Source: Lama guanicoe (Eukaryota). From it: 64,000 nucleotides of DNA. Every line of letters starts with the position of its first letter. Position 1 is the first letter of the stretch. Location: contig MU054187.1 in NCBI GenBank assembly GCA_013239625.1, positions 1-64,000 of the forward strand, written 5' to 3'. Of this stretch, positions 22,875 through 36,935 are shown in pieces. The position numbers and the translations under genes were made by a program. The notes below the pieces were generated by a model. The model did no database searches. It was not told where the DNA came from and saw nothing but the letters and a program-made list of their open reading frames with translations.

Positions 22875-24320
22875 GGACATGAAAAGATGTTCATTATCCT
22901 TAGTCATTAGGAAGATGCAAATCATACCATAATGAGATATCACTGCATACCCATTAGGGTGGGTATGCTATTCGACATAAGTGGGGAAAAAAATGTTGTT
23001 GAGGATGTAGAGAAATTGGAACCCTTGTGTATTGCTGGTGGGAATGTAAAATGATGCAGCCACTGTGGAAGACAGTTTGGTGGTTTCTCAAAAAGTTAAA
23101 CATAGAATTACCATATGACCTGGTAATTTTGCATCTGAACATGTACCCAAAAGAATTGAAAGTAGGGGCTCAAACAGATACTTGCACATTACTGTTCATA
23201 GCGCCATTATTAAATGGGCAGATGGTGGAACCAACCCAAATATCCATCAACAGATGAATGAGTAAACAAAATGGGATGTGTTTGTGTGTGTGCGCGTGCG
23301 CATGTGCGTGTATATACACACACACAACCAAACTTGGGTCTGTTCACCTGAGCAGAGTAAAGCCTCATTGGATTGTGGTGAGGGAAAGTACGGTGTTCAT
23401 TATAAGGCACCCCAGTGTGGGGCTGAGCAAGGAGAACGAGTAGCTCAGGCACAGGAGACTCGAACTCCCCAAGGCTTTCAGGGAAATGCTTTTGAAGACA
23501 GGGTGAGCAAGAGAGTTGCAGGGTGCCTGATCAGCTTGCAGACATTCTTCTGATTGTTTGGTGATGAAGTAATTAGGAGTCAGCATCATCAACCTTCTGG
23601 TTCCAGCCCATCTGGAGCCTACATGCTGTGGTCAGCATGCCGCTGACTTCTTCCACTTGGTAGGTGTTGCAGTATCTTTAAAACAGCTCAAGGATGTGGC
23701 TCAGGATAATATCCAAAGACCCTGAGGAGGAACTAAAGGTTCTTAACTTTGTTTAATGACTGAACTATTATTATTTTGTCTTGTTGACTGTTTTCCTTCG
23801 TTTCTCCACTTTCTCACTTCTCTGATGAAATTTATTCTTTGGAACTTGAGGTAGTCCTAAGAGGCTAAAGCTTTTCTGCAAACAGGATGCAGGAAACACA
23901 ACAGGGTTCTGCTCAGTTTCATATACAGTAAGTTATTATTCAGCATTAAAAAAGGAATGAAATTCTGATACATGAAGCATTGTACAGTATGGATGAACCT
24001 TGAAAACATTATGCCATGTAAATAAGCCAGACGCAAAAGGACAAATACTGTGTGATTCCACTTGCAGTCTCTAGAATAGGCAAATTCAAAGAGACAGAGA
24101 GTAGATTAGAGGTTACCAGGGACTGAGGAGTAAGAGAGTTATTGTTTAAGTGGTTACAGAGTTTCTGTTTGGGATGATGAAAAAGTTCTAAAAGCAGATA
24201 GTGGCGGTAGTTGTACCAACATTATGAATGTACTTAACGCCATTGAGATGTACACTTGCAAATGGTTAATGTGGTAAGTTTTTTGTTAAGTATATTTCAC
24301 CACCATGAAAAAGGAGAAAA
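22875..24320 (+). mobile_element. L1MB-like 3' end interrupted by an LTR
   Basis: ATTGCTGGTGGGAATGTAAAATG..AGAATTACCATATGACC; resumes after 23921 with GGATGAACCTTGAAAACATTATG. Confidence 0.8.
23325..23921 (-). mobile_element. ERV1-like solo LTR
   Basis: ACCAAACTTGGGTC ... GGGTTCTGCTCAGTTTCA; it splits the host L1 at a (TG/CA)n tract. Confidence 0.7.
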
Positions 24321-25559
24321 ACTATAATATATCTATATTTTATAATATTTTTCTATCATTAAAAGTTATGTTTTTGAGGACTTTTTATCATTGATATGGT
24401 AAAAATGTTTATGAGAGAATGCCGAGTGAAAAAGGCAAAATACCAAACATGCAGTAAAATCTTGACTCAGGGGTCCCAAAGGATCACTGATAGTCCTGAG
24501 ACTGCCATCAAACCCCATGGAGTAAACCATATGTAACTAGACCAGGAAGTGTGGTGCCATGACCCAAAGATTTCAGTTGACCTTTCAATATGTGAAAAGG
24601 ACCAGTAACCGTTCATCTCTTTGAACTTCCTCAGTGTGGAAGCAGAGTCTTCTGTGATAGCATTTCCTACTTGTTATTGTCACATTGTACTATGTTTCTT
24701 AAAAGCTGTTCTTAGTATTCACTTTTTATTCAGTGACTGAACTACCTGTTACTTCATGTTCCTGGCTTTTAAAAGCATCTCATTTCTTTTGAGAAAGGTA
24801 GAATTCCTGTGTGTAGCTGCATATCACAGGTTACCTGTCTTTATAATTGTCAGGTTTTGTGTGGTATTTCACAAGTAGGTTCTGTACTGATAATAAAGCT
24901 TTCAATAAAGTTAGCTTCAGGAATTCCTTTTTCTCGTTTTGAATAGAAAGAGTAACAGATTTGTCCTCGCATTGATTATTGCCATCACTGAATTAAAAAG
25001 TTAGTATTTTACTCTTAAGTGTAAGAAAGTTTTCTAATTAGTAAATATCAGTTTCTTAGAACTTAAAATTTTTTTCTTGGCTAGTTTTTGGGGAAATATT
25101 CTGTCAGCTAAGGATATATTTATCCTTTGAAAGCTGCTGTAAACAACCACATCTGTTTGAAAGACTTAATGCTGCATGGTGGAGATGTTGGGTGGTTGGC
25201 TGGCTGACTCAGCTAAGTGAAAACTTGCATACAGGCTTTGTATTGCTTACGATTCAAATTTATACCTTGTTAAAATTATAAACTGGTATGACAGACTTTT
25301 CAGGGTAGCACTTGAATAGTAAAGTATAGTTATAAGAATTCAGTGGCAAGCATCCATAATTCTCCAAAACGTAAACAGTGTGTCCCTGGGTGGTATGATT
25401 ATTGAGACGTTTATTTTCTTTGCTATATTTATTTCAAAATTTAAAAAAGGAGAAATACAACAATCATTGGCTTTTCCTTCAAAGAAGAAAAAGAGTCAGT
25501 TCACGTATATTGAACACATACTAGGCCTTATATTATACGGTTGCTTTATATTATATGTA

Positions 25560-25810
25560 TATACATTGGAACAAAAATACTGTAGACTGGGGGGCTGAAA
25601 CAACAAAAGTTTATTTCTGACAGTTCTGGAGGCTATCTGCGGAGGGCCCGCTTCCTGGTTCACAGAGAACTGTCTTCTCACTGTGTCCTCACATGATGGA
25701 GGGGTGAGGGGTCTCTGTAGCACTAATCTCTTCATGAGGGCCACACTTGAAGGCCCCACTTCCAAATGCATCACATTGGGGATTAGGTTTCAGCATTCAG
25801 TTTATAGCAA
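25560..25810 (-). mobile_element. MLT1A-like MaLR LTR fragment
   Basis: AAAATACTGTAGACTGGGGGGCT..TTTATTTCTGACAGTTCTGGAGGC..CATCACATTGGGGATTAGGTTTCA. Confidence 0.7.
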
Positions 25811-26859
25811 TACATTTTCCAGTTGAGCCTTAAAACAGTCTTGTGAAGTTGATGCTATTCTGCCCAGTTTTCAGAGGGGAAACTGTTAGAAGAGGTGTAT
25901 GACTGTGGGCAAATTATTATGTAGTAAACAAGGCAGCTGTGAAACCTTGCCACAGAAGTATTCAGTTGTTGTTTGAATGCCTCAGAATCTACATAGATAG
26001 ATTGCTTTCTTATATTGGAAGAAACATACAAATGCACTGAACTTTCAAAGATACGGTTGTCGAGAAGAGTAGACCTTGGCTTGCGTTGTGTTTAAAAAAT
26101 CCAAAACCTCTTCCATGTAGTTCTTCATCTAGTACACTTGTTTTTATTAATAGTCATGTATATTAAAACATAGCATATTACATTGTCATTGGAAAGTGAC
26201 TTAAAAAATGGATTTCTCCAAGCAGGCATTGGGAGGCCTGTAGTGTGGGAATTATGGTCTGCCTAATCATAGCAGTGTTCTCTGTGGCCTTAAGTCCTGC
26301 CACTTTTCTTCCTTTCCTTTCCTCATTATAGGAGCAAAGATTTAATTATTTTCTTTGTTTTCTTCTCAATCTATATCTGTTCCAAATACTGACAACTGTT
26401 AAATCCTTTTCTTAACCTGGTTGCTGTCCTGAATTCCATGTGGGTTTCTAGCTGCCTGATGGACATCTTTGTGTGGATGTCCTAAAGTTACTGCAAGTCC
26501 AAGAGTCCCAAGTCCTGCCCTCTTCAAACCTAGGCTCATCCTCTTCATATGTTTTTGGTCTTAGTTCATGGCTTTTTTTTTTCACTGCCTGGATCTATTT
26601 CATTATCAGGTCATGCAGATTTGGCCTCAAAACCACAGCCTCCCTACCACTTCTGCCCTAAATTGGGCCCTTTTGCCTTGACTGTTTTATTTCAGTTGCT
26701 GCATAACTGATTTCTTAGCTTATGTCTTTTTATTAGATTTATCTTAATAAACATTATGACCTTATCAGTCATTTATTGAAACGCTTTCAGTGGTTCCCCA
26801 TTGCTTGAAGGTCGAGGTCCGTGTAACTGGACCTTCACAGTTTAGCCTCAGGCTTTTAA

Positions 26860-28250
26860 AATGAATGGGGCAGAGTATACACCGTATGATTCTGTTTATA
26901 TAAAACTCTAGAAAATGCAGATGATTCTGTAGTGAGAATGCAGGTTAGTGGTTTATTGGGGATGAGGGTGGAGAAGATGGATGGATTACAGTGGGACAAG
27001 GGGAAGTTCTGGGAGTGATGGAAATGTTTATTATCTTGATTATAGTAAGAGTTTCACAGGAGTGTACACATGTCAAAACTGGTCAAATTGAATACTTTAA
27101 ATATGTCTAGTTTAGTATGGTTAAGTTATATACGTCAATGAAATTGATAATATATTTTTCACAGTACAAGAATGGTGTAGGTTTATGTGCTCATGAAATA
27201 ACATTCAGAATACTTTGTTAAATAACGAAAACAGGATATAGAATAATTATATAGAAAAATGGAAGGAATGTGTATTTATATGAACTATCTCAGAAATGAT
27301 AGGAAATTCTTTCTGTATAACCTTATATGCTGTTTTGAGTTTTGATCCATGAACATACACTGCTTGCGTTAAAAATGTTTTAAAGGACATTTTACAGTTC
27401 TATCCAGAATGTAGTAAGAACTTCTACAAAACAGTAATGAAAAGATAAAGAGCCCATTTAAATCAGGTGAAGAATAAGAAAGGAAAACCTGAATGGCTAA
27501 TAAGCATGTGAAAAGATGCTCAGTCTCACTGGTCGTGTGGGAAGTACAAATTATTAAATGAGATACTACATTTTCATCAAATTACAAAAAAAAAATAAGG
27601 GGGGGGTCTGACACTGCCTAATGTCAGGAATGTGGATCAATAGAATTAGTTGCTGTTGGAATGTAAACTGGTACAGCCGTTTTGTTGTAATTTTAGTAAG
27701 TTCTGGTAAACCTGAAGATGTTCGTGTTTTATGACCCCACAAGTCTGCTCTTAAATATCCTTGTTTTTGTTTTTCAAAATGTGGCTTTTGACCCATTAGT
27801 GGATGCTATAATTGACTCATTTACTTTTAGAAATATAGTGGAATAAAATAGACTACATAAGAATGTATGGCAGTTTGTAACAGTATTTTTTGTGAAACTT
27901 TAGGTTCAGATTTATTAGTATACATGTGTTGGATCACAGTCATATGTTTTGCTGTGATTCTTGACCAGAAAGTTTGAAAGTGACTGTTCAGAGGAATTTT
28001 CACATATGCCCCAAAGAAGATACGTACAAGAACATTTATTGTAGTATTGTTTACAAGAGAAAATATTTGGAAAGTAACCTAATTTTATATGGATGCATGC
28101 AAATTGTGGTATGCTTACATAGTAGAGAGCTATAGTTATCATCATGGAAATGTTGAGGAAGTAATAAGCCAGTTTGCTGAAGGATACATCTAGTTTGACA
28201 CTACGTTACGTGAAGTTTGTCAACATACAGAACTGTAGTACATATTGATA
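26860..28250 (+). mobile_element. Cluster of L1ME-like 3' fragments, with a possible hAT-Charlie MITE at about 27765-27990
   Basis: TATGATTCTGTTTATATAAAACTCTAGAAAATGC and GTGAAAAGATGCTCA..GGAATGTAAACTGGTACA; MITE-like ends TTTTCAAAATGTGG..AGTTTGAAAGTGACTG. Confidence 0.55.
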
Positions 28251-28259
28251 ATGGAACAA

Positions 28260-28740
28260 CCTTGGAGAGGAGGAAGGTGTTCTCTAGACAGGTCCTGAGA
28301 TAGTGGCAGTTTGCACCATCATTCCCGGCAGTGCAGCCATGGAAATGTGCACTCAGATCTGCTGTTGAGAGGAACATAGTTGATTAATGGCCCTAACTGC
28401 CATCCGTCAGGATCCACTGTTGTGTTGTGGGCTCCTGGACCTTAGTACTGCTTAGTATTGGGAGCATCAGAATTATCCCACCAGAGGGGCAAGGAAGCTG
28501 GAGTATTTATATACAGGTTCCTGCATTCATTGGCTGAAGGCTGCTCCTTGGTGGAGTCAGGGGATAGGAAAATTTTCTAGTTCTTACAGACTGCTGCACA
28601 GGTGGAAAAAATGGACTCCAGCAGCCAGATGAAGCCCTGCTCTAAAGAAGTGGGGGTGCTGGAAGTTGGAAATAGGAACAGTATCACTGATGACATAGGA
28701 GAGGAGATGTGAGTAGGGCACTGCAGAGTCAGCTACGTAG
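28260..28740. mobile_element. Ancient ERVL LTR remnants (LTR33/LTR16-like)
   Basis: GAGGGGCAAGGAAGCTGGAGTATTTATA..CATTGGCTGAAGGCTGCTCC and CAGCCATGGAAATGTGCACTCAGATC. Confidence 0.5.
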
Positions 28741-29109
28741 TTAAAATGAGCCATGTACATTGAATAACAATGGAGGAGGGAAGACTTATACCATAATTAG
28801 GAATTTTATAACTATTACTTAGCTCTACAGAAAGTCTCCCTTATATAACTCATGAGACTAATATTATTTGCCTCTCATGCATGTTTGTAGAAATGGAACA
28901 TATGTGGTGGGTGGATACTTATTCGATAGGAGAGTTGTAATTTAACTCAGTGGGAAGCATTGATTATAATTCAGGTCTATCTTGAATCGCTTTCCCAGTT
29001 CAGAGTGAGAGATGTTTTTGATTTAGGAAACAGTTTTGCCTATAAGCATGATTCCACCAGTTCTGTGCAACAGAGGTCTACTAGTTCTTAAGTAAAGGCA
29101 GCCAAACTC

Positions 29110-29580
29110 ATAATTAATAGCAGCAGCTAATATTACAAGTGCTTCTAATGTTGTGGGGCTCTCTTCTAAGTGCTTTACTACACACATTAGCTTCTTTAAA
29201 CCTCACAATAACTCTGTGAGGTGGGAGCCATTATCATTCCTGTTTTCCAGATAAGTATTCTAAAACACAGAGAGATTAAGTAATTTTCCTATGGTTATAA
29301 AGTACTCAGTGATTGAACTTGGATTCTGACTCAGGCACTCTGGCTTCAAAACTGTGGTCTTGGCCATTTTGTTATAGTATCAATAATAGTAATAGCGATG
29401 ATAACATTAATAACAACACAGTAAACCTGAGTTATTATATGTCAGGCACTTTGCTAAGTGTTGGTCATGTCATGCAGATGTTGTTATTAGCCCCATTTTA
29501 TAGATGGGGCAGCGGAGACATGGCTAGTAAGTGGCAGAATGAGGTTCTAACTCATGTAGTCTGATTGCAAATTCTCTTAA
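29110..29580 (-). mobile_element. Two tandem MIR SINEs
   Basis: CCTCACAATAACTCTGTGAGGT..TTTTCCAGATAAG and GCCCCATTTTATAGATGGGG..GCTAGTAAGTGGCAGA. Confidence 0.7.
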
Positions 29581-31849
29581 TTACTTACATTCCTTGGAGT
29601 ATTGCATAGCTGCATAACAGTTTGGAGGAAAAGGATGATGGAAATCAAAGACCATGACTTCTGTTCATAATGTCTCCTTTTAGGACATTTGACAATTGTA
29701 GTTGATTATTGATGTGACTTTCCCTATTGTTCGGTATTGCTGTCTGGGTTTTCACAATTTATTTTATCACTGTCTTCGAAGAACGGGATTCCTACAGAGG
29801 GCAGCAGAGATACAGCAGTGACTTTTATGTGCGTAACGTACATTTTTCAGGAAGTGTGAAGAAAATTGGTATTAGGTGAGCTTTGTTATGTAATTCTCTT
29901 GTACTTTATGCTGTGACTCCTGTGCCAATACAGGCTAGTAGACTTACAAACATCACATAACCCAAGTGGGCTTTTGTTGAAGGTGTGTAACAGAAGCTGG
30001 CTGGCACAAAAGAGATCTGAATGTAATTCATGTAGTTATAAAGAGAAAGCAGATGTGACTTTCAAATCTGAAATATGGATTCATTGTTGTAAAACACGTT
30101 TTCTTTGTACTTTTAACAGTAGAGGCAGAACACATGATTCAGTATCTCACAAAAGATGGAATATGGAAAAGTTTTAAACAAAATTAGAATAAGCAAAATT
30201 TTATCCTCCTATGTGATATATAATATAAATAAAGGAAAGTGATCTGGCAACTTCAAAAGTATTTCTCAATTTAATGAGCATATTTGTAATTATTTTTATT
30301 TGTTTATATGGAAATTTGAAAAGTAGTACATTTAATTTCACTTTTAATCTGTTTTACTGATGAATTATAGTAAAGTGGTATGACTAAATGTGTACTAATT
30401 GTTAATGCCTAAGAACTGTCCAATGTATAGAGCTGAAGGAATTTAATTATGACCAGAAACACACATTTTAGAAATCCTGTCTAAAATATAATTATGTTTC
30501 TATAAAAGCTAACCATTTAATGCTTGTAAAGGGAAGTCTGGAGTTTTTAGTCATGATTTTGTTTGATTATATTTTAAACATTTCTTTATAGAAACATTAC
30601 ACTTAAGAGAAAAGTCCATACTCCAGTGTGTTCTCATGGTAAAAAAGGAGGACTGTTAGAAGTTGTATTGAAGAGTAGGTATTTTTTGGTTGTTATTTTA
30701 TATTATAATTTTGTGTGCGTGTATCAGTGATCTATCTGTTCATGATCTCATAACATTATAGCATGTTTTGGGTTTTATTCTCTTTAAGAAAGTGAATATG
30801 TGCCAATATCATTTGTGGCATCTGTTTCAGAACTTACATCCTTATTTTTCCACATCTCCTTTCTTAATTGTCTCACCTTTAGCTTACGACACACTAAGAC
30901 AGGGACTTTGTGAGTATTTCTTAGTATAAATCTTTCTCCTGTTTCAGTGTCACCCTGTTATTCTATTTCCCTTCATTTTCCTCTTTCTCCTTCTTACTTT
31001 CAGTTCCCAAATATGTCTGTTTTCTGGTATAAGGAGTAGAATAGAAAAAGGACTGCTGTAGGAATTACTGTTACAACTATATAAATTAAAAAGTAATGAT
31101 ATAAGCCATCCCAGTGTGACTTTTATAGTCCTCTAGTTTTCTAACAAAAAAAATAAATCCTTAGGAGCTCCACTTTCAATAATACAGAGTAGCATGTGTC
31201 AGATTACTTTTCTTGCAAATGACAGTGGCAAATTTTAGACATACAAAGTATGTTAAATATATTTCTGAAATATATATTTAAAAATATGAAAAGAATATAA
31301 AAATATTTGAAGACACAGAAGGACAGAGCTGGAAGAAACTGGAGGGAATTAATATTTGGAAGATGAGAATGGCACAAAGAGTTTTCCATTTTTTATTACT
31401 TTTTGCCTGAGTGCAGTCTCCCATCAGTGTTCAGGGTGGTTAAATTTGGATAGAAATCACAACACAGTTGCGGTGACTATAGAAGCTTAAAAGAGTGTAA
31501 AGTAGGGCCTGCCAGAAGAAGGTACCCCAAATTATGAATATAAATCTTACAGGATATAAGAACTACAGCTATCACTTGCTTTTAACTACATAGGAGAAAG
31601 CAGTCTGGAGAATACAGCCAAGTTAACTGCTTTTTAAGCAAAAAAGTAAATGCTCTTCAGAAAAGCATAGTAGAATCCAGCATCTAAAATGTATCACTCA
31701 CAATGTCCAGGATACAATCAGTATTTATTGAACAAACATACACATATACACGCAAACCCAGAAAAGTGTGACCTATACTTAAGTGAAAAGGCAGTTAATT
31801 AAGACAGACCCTGATATGATTCACATTTAGTGTTATTATTAACATAGTT

Positions 31850-33290
31850 GTGTTTACATTCATTGTTTCACTTTTTATGTTTTATGTATTCAAGGATTTT
31901 TCTTCCCCTGTCCTTTCTGATTTCTTTTGAATTTAAGCAGTATTTTCTTTTGTAACTTTTAATCCCTTTCATGACTTTTTAACTGTATCTTTTTTAGTTA
32001 GATGCTCAGAGATTGCTCTAAAGCCTAACTTGTATATCTTAATTTAGCTGAATTTACCAGTGGGATACGGAAACGTTATTTCTATCTAACTCTATTCCCT
32101 CTTAGTCCTCTTCCTGTTATTACTGTTACACATATTATATCTGTATATGTTATAAGCCTATTAATAGATTGTTTTATATATATAACTATATATAATAATT
32201 GTATCTAATATTATATGCAAGTATATGTATAATTACTATAATTTTATGTTCTTTATGGAAGTAGAGAGAAGTAGAGCAAGTATATATTTATAGAATGTTA
32301 TATGATCTTTTTTATTTATCATTTCTTGTCCTGTTTATTTGTTCCCATGGAATCACATTAACATCTGGTGACATTTCCTTGGTTTACTACAGCTTTGTTC
32401 CCACCTGCCTTTTTATATTATTGACAGATATATTCCTATATGTTATCGGTCCAAGAATACAGTTACGTATGTGCTGTTTTATGCAATTGGTTTTTAAATC
32501 AGTTAAGAGAAAGAACACACATTGTACTTTTTAAAACTTAGGTAATTACTTTGACACTTTTTTTGTGTGGGTTTGTGTGGGTTCTGAGATCACTTACTTT
32601 CAACCTTAAAAACTTTAGTTAGTATATTTTACAAGGTGGGTCTGATTCTGTTGATCAGTTACTGTGTTCTGGGAATATCTTATTTTGCCTACATTTTTGA
32701 TAGTTACCCTGTATATAAAAAATTGATTGAGAGGTTTTTTTTTAATTCAGCACTTTGAATATGTCATCTCCCTGCCTCTGGTTTCCATTGTTTCTGATGA
32801 AAAGTCAGCTATTAATCTTATGAAGATTCCCTTGTACATGATAAGTTAATTTTCCTCTTGTTGCTTTAGGATTTTGTTTCTTTTAACATTTCCATTATGA
32901 TGTGTCTGGGTGTGGATCCCTTTGTGTTTATCCAACTTGGAGTGTCTTGAGCTTCTTACACATATAGATTTATGTTTTTCGTTAAACTTGAGAGATTTAT
33001 AGCCATTATTCTTGGACTGTTTTTTCTGCTGCTTCCTCTCTTTTCTCTCTCTTTATATTCCCCTTACATGTATGTTGGTGCATTTAATAGTATCCCACAT
33101 TTCTTAGTGAGTTTGTTTATTTTCATCTTTATCTCTGTTCTTCATATTGTATGATCTCTATTGAAGTTCATAAATTTCTTCTTTCAGTTTATATCTACTA
33201 TTAAGCTATTCTGGTGAATTTTTCATTTTAGTTATTGAACTTTTCATACTCAAGATGTTCATTTGGTTCTGTTGTCATACCTATCTTTAC
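31850..33290 (-). mobile_element. Old L1 ORF1/inter-ORF remnant
   Basis: TTCAGCACTTTGAATATGTCAT..TTTCTGATGAAAAGTCAGCT..TGATGTGTCTGGGTGTGGAT. Confidence 0.65.
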
Positions 33291-34462
33291 ACTTTAAAAA
33301 ATGAGATGTAATTCAAATGCAAAAATTTACCCATTAAAAATGTACAATTAAATGGTGTTTAGTTTCATTCAAAAGGTTGTGCAACTATCACCACCTTCTG
33401 ATTCCAGAATATTTATCATCTCAGAAAGAAACCCTGCATTGATTAGCAGTCAATCCCATTTAACCTCTTTCACACCCACTAAAACTTTCTAATCTATATT
33501 CAGTCTCCATGGATTTTCCTGTTCTAAACTTTTGATATAAGTGGAGTCATAAATATGTGGTCTTTTGTGTCTGGATTTTTTTCATGAAGTATAATGTTTT
33601 CATCCATGTTGTAGTACGTATCAGTATTTCATCCCTTTTTATGACTGAGTAATATGCACAGGTATACCACTTTTAAAATCCATTCATCCGTTGGTAGACA
33701 TTTGGATTTTTTCCACCTTTTGGCTGTCATGAATACTGCTTCTCTGTAATTAAACCACAAGTTTTTATGTTAACATGTTTTCAGTTCTCTTACGTATATA
33801 CCTAGAACTGCTGGATTATATGGTCATTCTGTGTTTAACTTTTTGGGGGACTGTCAGACTGCTTTCCAAGGTGGCTGCACCACTTTACATTGCCACTACC
33901 AGTTTATGAGGTTGCCACTTTCTCCATATCCTTGTCAACACAGCCATTTCCCCTGTTTTTTGTTTTTTTTTAAATAGTAGCCATCCTCATGGATGTGAAG
34001 TAGTGTCTCATTTCGGTTTTTTGATTTGCATTTCTGTAATGACTAATAATATTGAGCATTTTTTCATGTGCTTATTGGCCATTTGTGTATTTTCTGTGTA
34101 ATTTCTCTATTCAGTTTCTTTATTCTCTATTTCACTGTTCATTTGAATTTCTGTTCAAATCTCTTACCCATTTTTCATTTGGCTTGTTTGGATTTTCACT
34201 GTTGAGATATAAGAGTTCTGTATATACTGTGAATATAAGTTTTATTACATACTTTTTTTGGAAATATTTTCTCCCATATGTGAGTTATCTTTTCACTTTC
34301 TTGATACTGCTCTTGGTTGCACAAAGGTTTTTATTTTGAAAAAATCTAGTTTACTTGTTTTTCTTTGGTTCATTGTGCTTTCTATGTCATAAGTAGAAAA
34401 ACTGTAATATGTTGTGAAGATTTACACCTATATTTTCTTTTAAGAGTTTTTATAGTTTCACC

Positions 34463-35242
34463 TTTTATTTATTTATTTATTTATTTATTTTTTACTTTTT
34501 GGAGCATTTATTGATAAGACTCTTTACGTAGCCAGTATGGGACTTTAGACATATATCCGCATAGTCACTGATGCTGTGCTTTGTCTTCCGATCCTTATTT
34601 CATCACCCTAAAACCTCACCACCCTTTCACAGAAATTGCTGCTCACACTTTCAGTGGAAGCAAATTGCTTGGGTGGTCTTGACAGCAAATGACTATGAGC
34701 TAATAAATTATTCCATTACTGATATTAGCCTGATTACTGGGAGTGCTACTCATTTTATAGAATTAAAATGTTTCTGCCTTCCAAAAAAACCAAAAGAAAT
34801 TTACAGATTTTTTTAGTTGTCTTCAAGAAGGTTATAATGCAAGTCACATTATTTCCTCTTTTTTTCATTAAAGTCTAGTTAGTTTACAATGTTGTGTCAA
34901 TTTCTGGTGTATGGCATAATGTTTCATAATACATATATACACATATTTTTTCTTATTCTTTTTCATTATAGGTTACTATAAATTTCCTCTTACAGATGAT
35001 GGGATTTATTTTCTAGAAGTCATCATAATTAATATTATTGACACTTGAGTTCCCCATCTTTTACAGTATTATTCTATCTGCTAAAACATATACATTAAAT
35101 TTAAAATACTGCTTTGTTATATTTAAAATTTTTTTTAGATTTTTTTTTTTACATTTTTTATTGATTCATAATCATTTTACAGTGTTGTGTCAAATTCCAG
35201 TGTTCAGCACAATTTTTCAGTCATTCATGGACATATACACAC
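34463..35242 (-). mobile_element. Retrotransposed insert: young L1 3' end plus unique sequence plus a second poly(A) (probable 3' transduction)
   Basis: Minus-strand order: L1 3' end (35242-35158), A tail (about 35157-35129), non-L1 DNA, AATAAA (34512-34507), A-rich tail (34500-34463). Confidence 0.7.
34861..34981 (-). mobile_element. Short young L1 3' end nested in the transduced segment
   Basis: AGTTTACAATGTTGTGTCAATTTCTGGTGTA; TSD ATTTCCTCTT at 34851-34860 and 34982-34991. Confidence 0.85.
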
Positions 35243-36935
35243 TTATTAAATATTGATGTATGATCCTTTTTGAGTTAAGTTTTCAGTTGGTGTTAGTTGG
35301 AGCCAAATTTATTCTTTTTTCATGTGAATAAACAATTGTCCCAGCACCATGGGTTTAAAGACTGTTCTTTCTCCATTTAAAGGTCATGGTATCTTTGTCA
35401 AAAATTAGTTGACCATATATGTATGGGTTTATTTCTGGATTGTAAATTATTTTTCATTGATCTGTATGTCTGTCCTTTTGCCAATTCCATCGTATCTTGA
35501 TTACTGTAGGTTTGTAGTAGATTTTGAAATTGAGGTTAGAGTTCCCTCACTCTGTTTTGCTTTTTCAAGATTGTTTTACCTGTTCTGGATCTCTTGCATT
35601 TCCATAGGTATTTTAAAATAAGCTTTTCCATTTCTTATTCTTCTGCCCCACCCCTTCCATGGGTGGGAGAACCTGTTTCCTCCTCATGGTGTTGGTGTGT
35701 GGGAAACAGAGGTGCATTCCACATTAAAGGAGATCACAGTCTACTAAAGATCTACCAGTGGTCGTGGCCTGAAGATTTCAGGAGAGGAGATGGTTAGAAG
35801 ATGTGTTGTTCTACTTTCATGCTAGGAAATTCCTGATAGTAAGTTTAACATAACCAGGAAGCAAATTATTCACTCATTCTTGCACTGGTGAAGACTTGAA
35901 GTCTTAAAATAAACAAACAAAATCTAACAACCTTTGAGCGAGTCACTGGAAGCTAGTGTTCATAGGCATTACAGTGGAAGAAATGTGTCATCAGTAATGA
36001 TGTAGCCACATTAACTAAATGTTGTCAAGGAACCACAGGAGATGTCTGTTGTTTCAATACCACCATGTCCTAAGAGCTATAGCATTGGGAGCAGTAACTG
36101 TTGTTACCTTTTCCTTGGATGGGAATTATGAAATTAGTTAGGAATAACACACGTGACAGTAAAAAACAGAGAGATGGTGACTATATGACACTGTGAGAAT
36201 GTTAATGCGCATGAGTAGACACTAAATACATACTTAGGATCTGTTTTCTATTCCATATTCAAAAGCTTCATTGATAGATCACTATAGCTCTCATGGGTCC
36301 ATGGGAGTTTTGTAAAATCACATTATTTATCCACAAAAATTGTTTACCCAGGACTTCCACATACCCTAGGGGTAGCTCTGCTCAAGGTTACATTAGTAGG
36401 TGGAGTCCCAGTTGTTGGTGGGATGTCAGAGTAAGGGATGGAAGAGTAATATCAAGAGTAAAGGACAGAATGAGTAATATCAGTTGAGCTTGCATTGTTT
36501 TGCTTTAGAGAACAATATTACTTATAGTGTATCTTCATGGATGAATGGGCACTATGAGGACATTGAGTGAAAATTTTCCGTAACTGGATCTCTGAACCTT
36601 GTCTCAGGATAACTGCCTCTGAGGGGCCTGAACTGTGTAGAGAACAGGGACTATAGTGTTGACAGAAATAATTAAAACCTTTCATGGACAGGACTTACAC
36701 ATTTAACACAAATAAACACTAAAGTAATTTCAAGTATAATGTTTGTTCTTCATTTCTAATTTAATTGTTATTTATAAGAAATGGTTCACCACTTGTAATT
36801 AGTAGTGGACACAAAATCATGGGATTACATTTTTGGAACCTTAGAAATTTTGTTAGTGCTTTTTTTTAAAACAAAAAGACAAAAATATTTGAGATTGTGC
36901 TTTGATAAGACCACTCTTTGTGTCTAAATATCAGG

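Larger units (their letters stand above)
33293..35637 (-). mobile_element. L1MB-like 3' end, interrupted at about 34463-35258
   Basis: TTTGCATTTCTGTAATGACTAATAATATTGAGCATTTTTTCATGTGCTTATTGGCCATTTG; the host resumes at TATGATCCTTTTTGAGTTAA. Confidence 0.82.
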
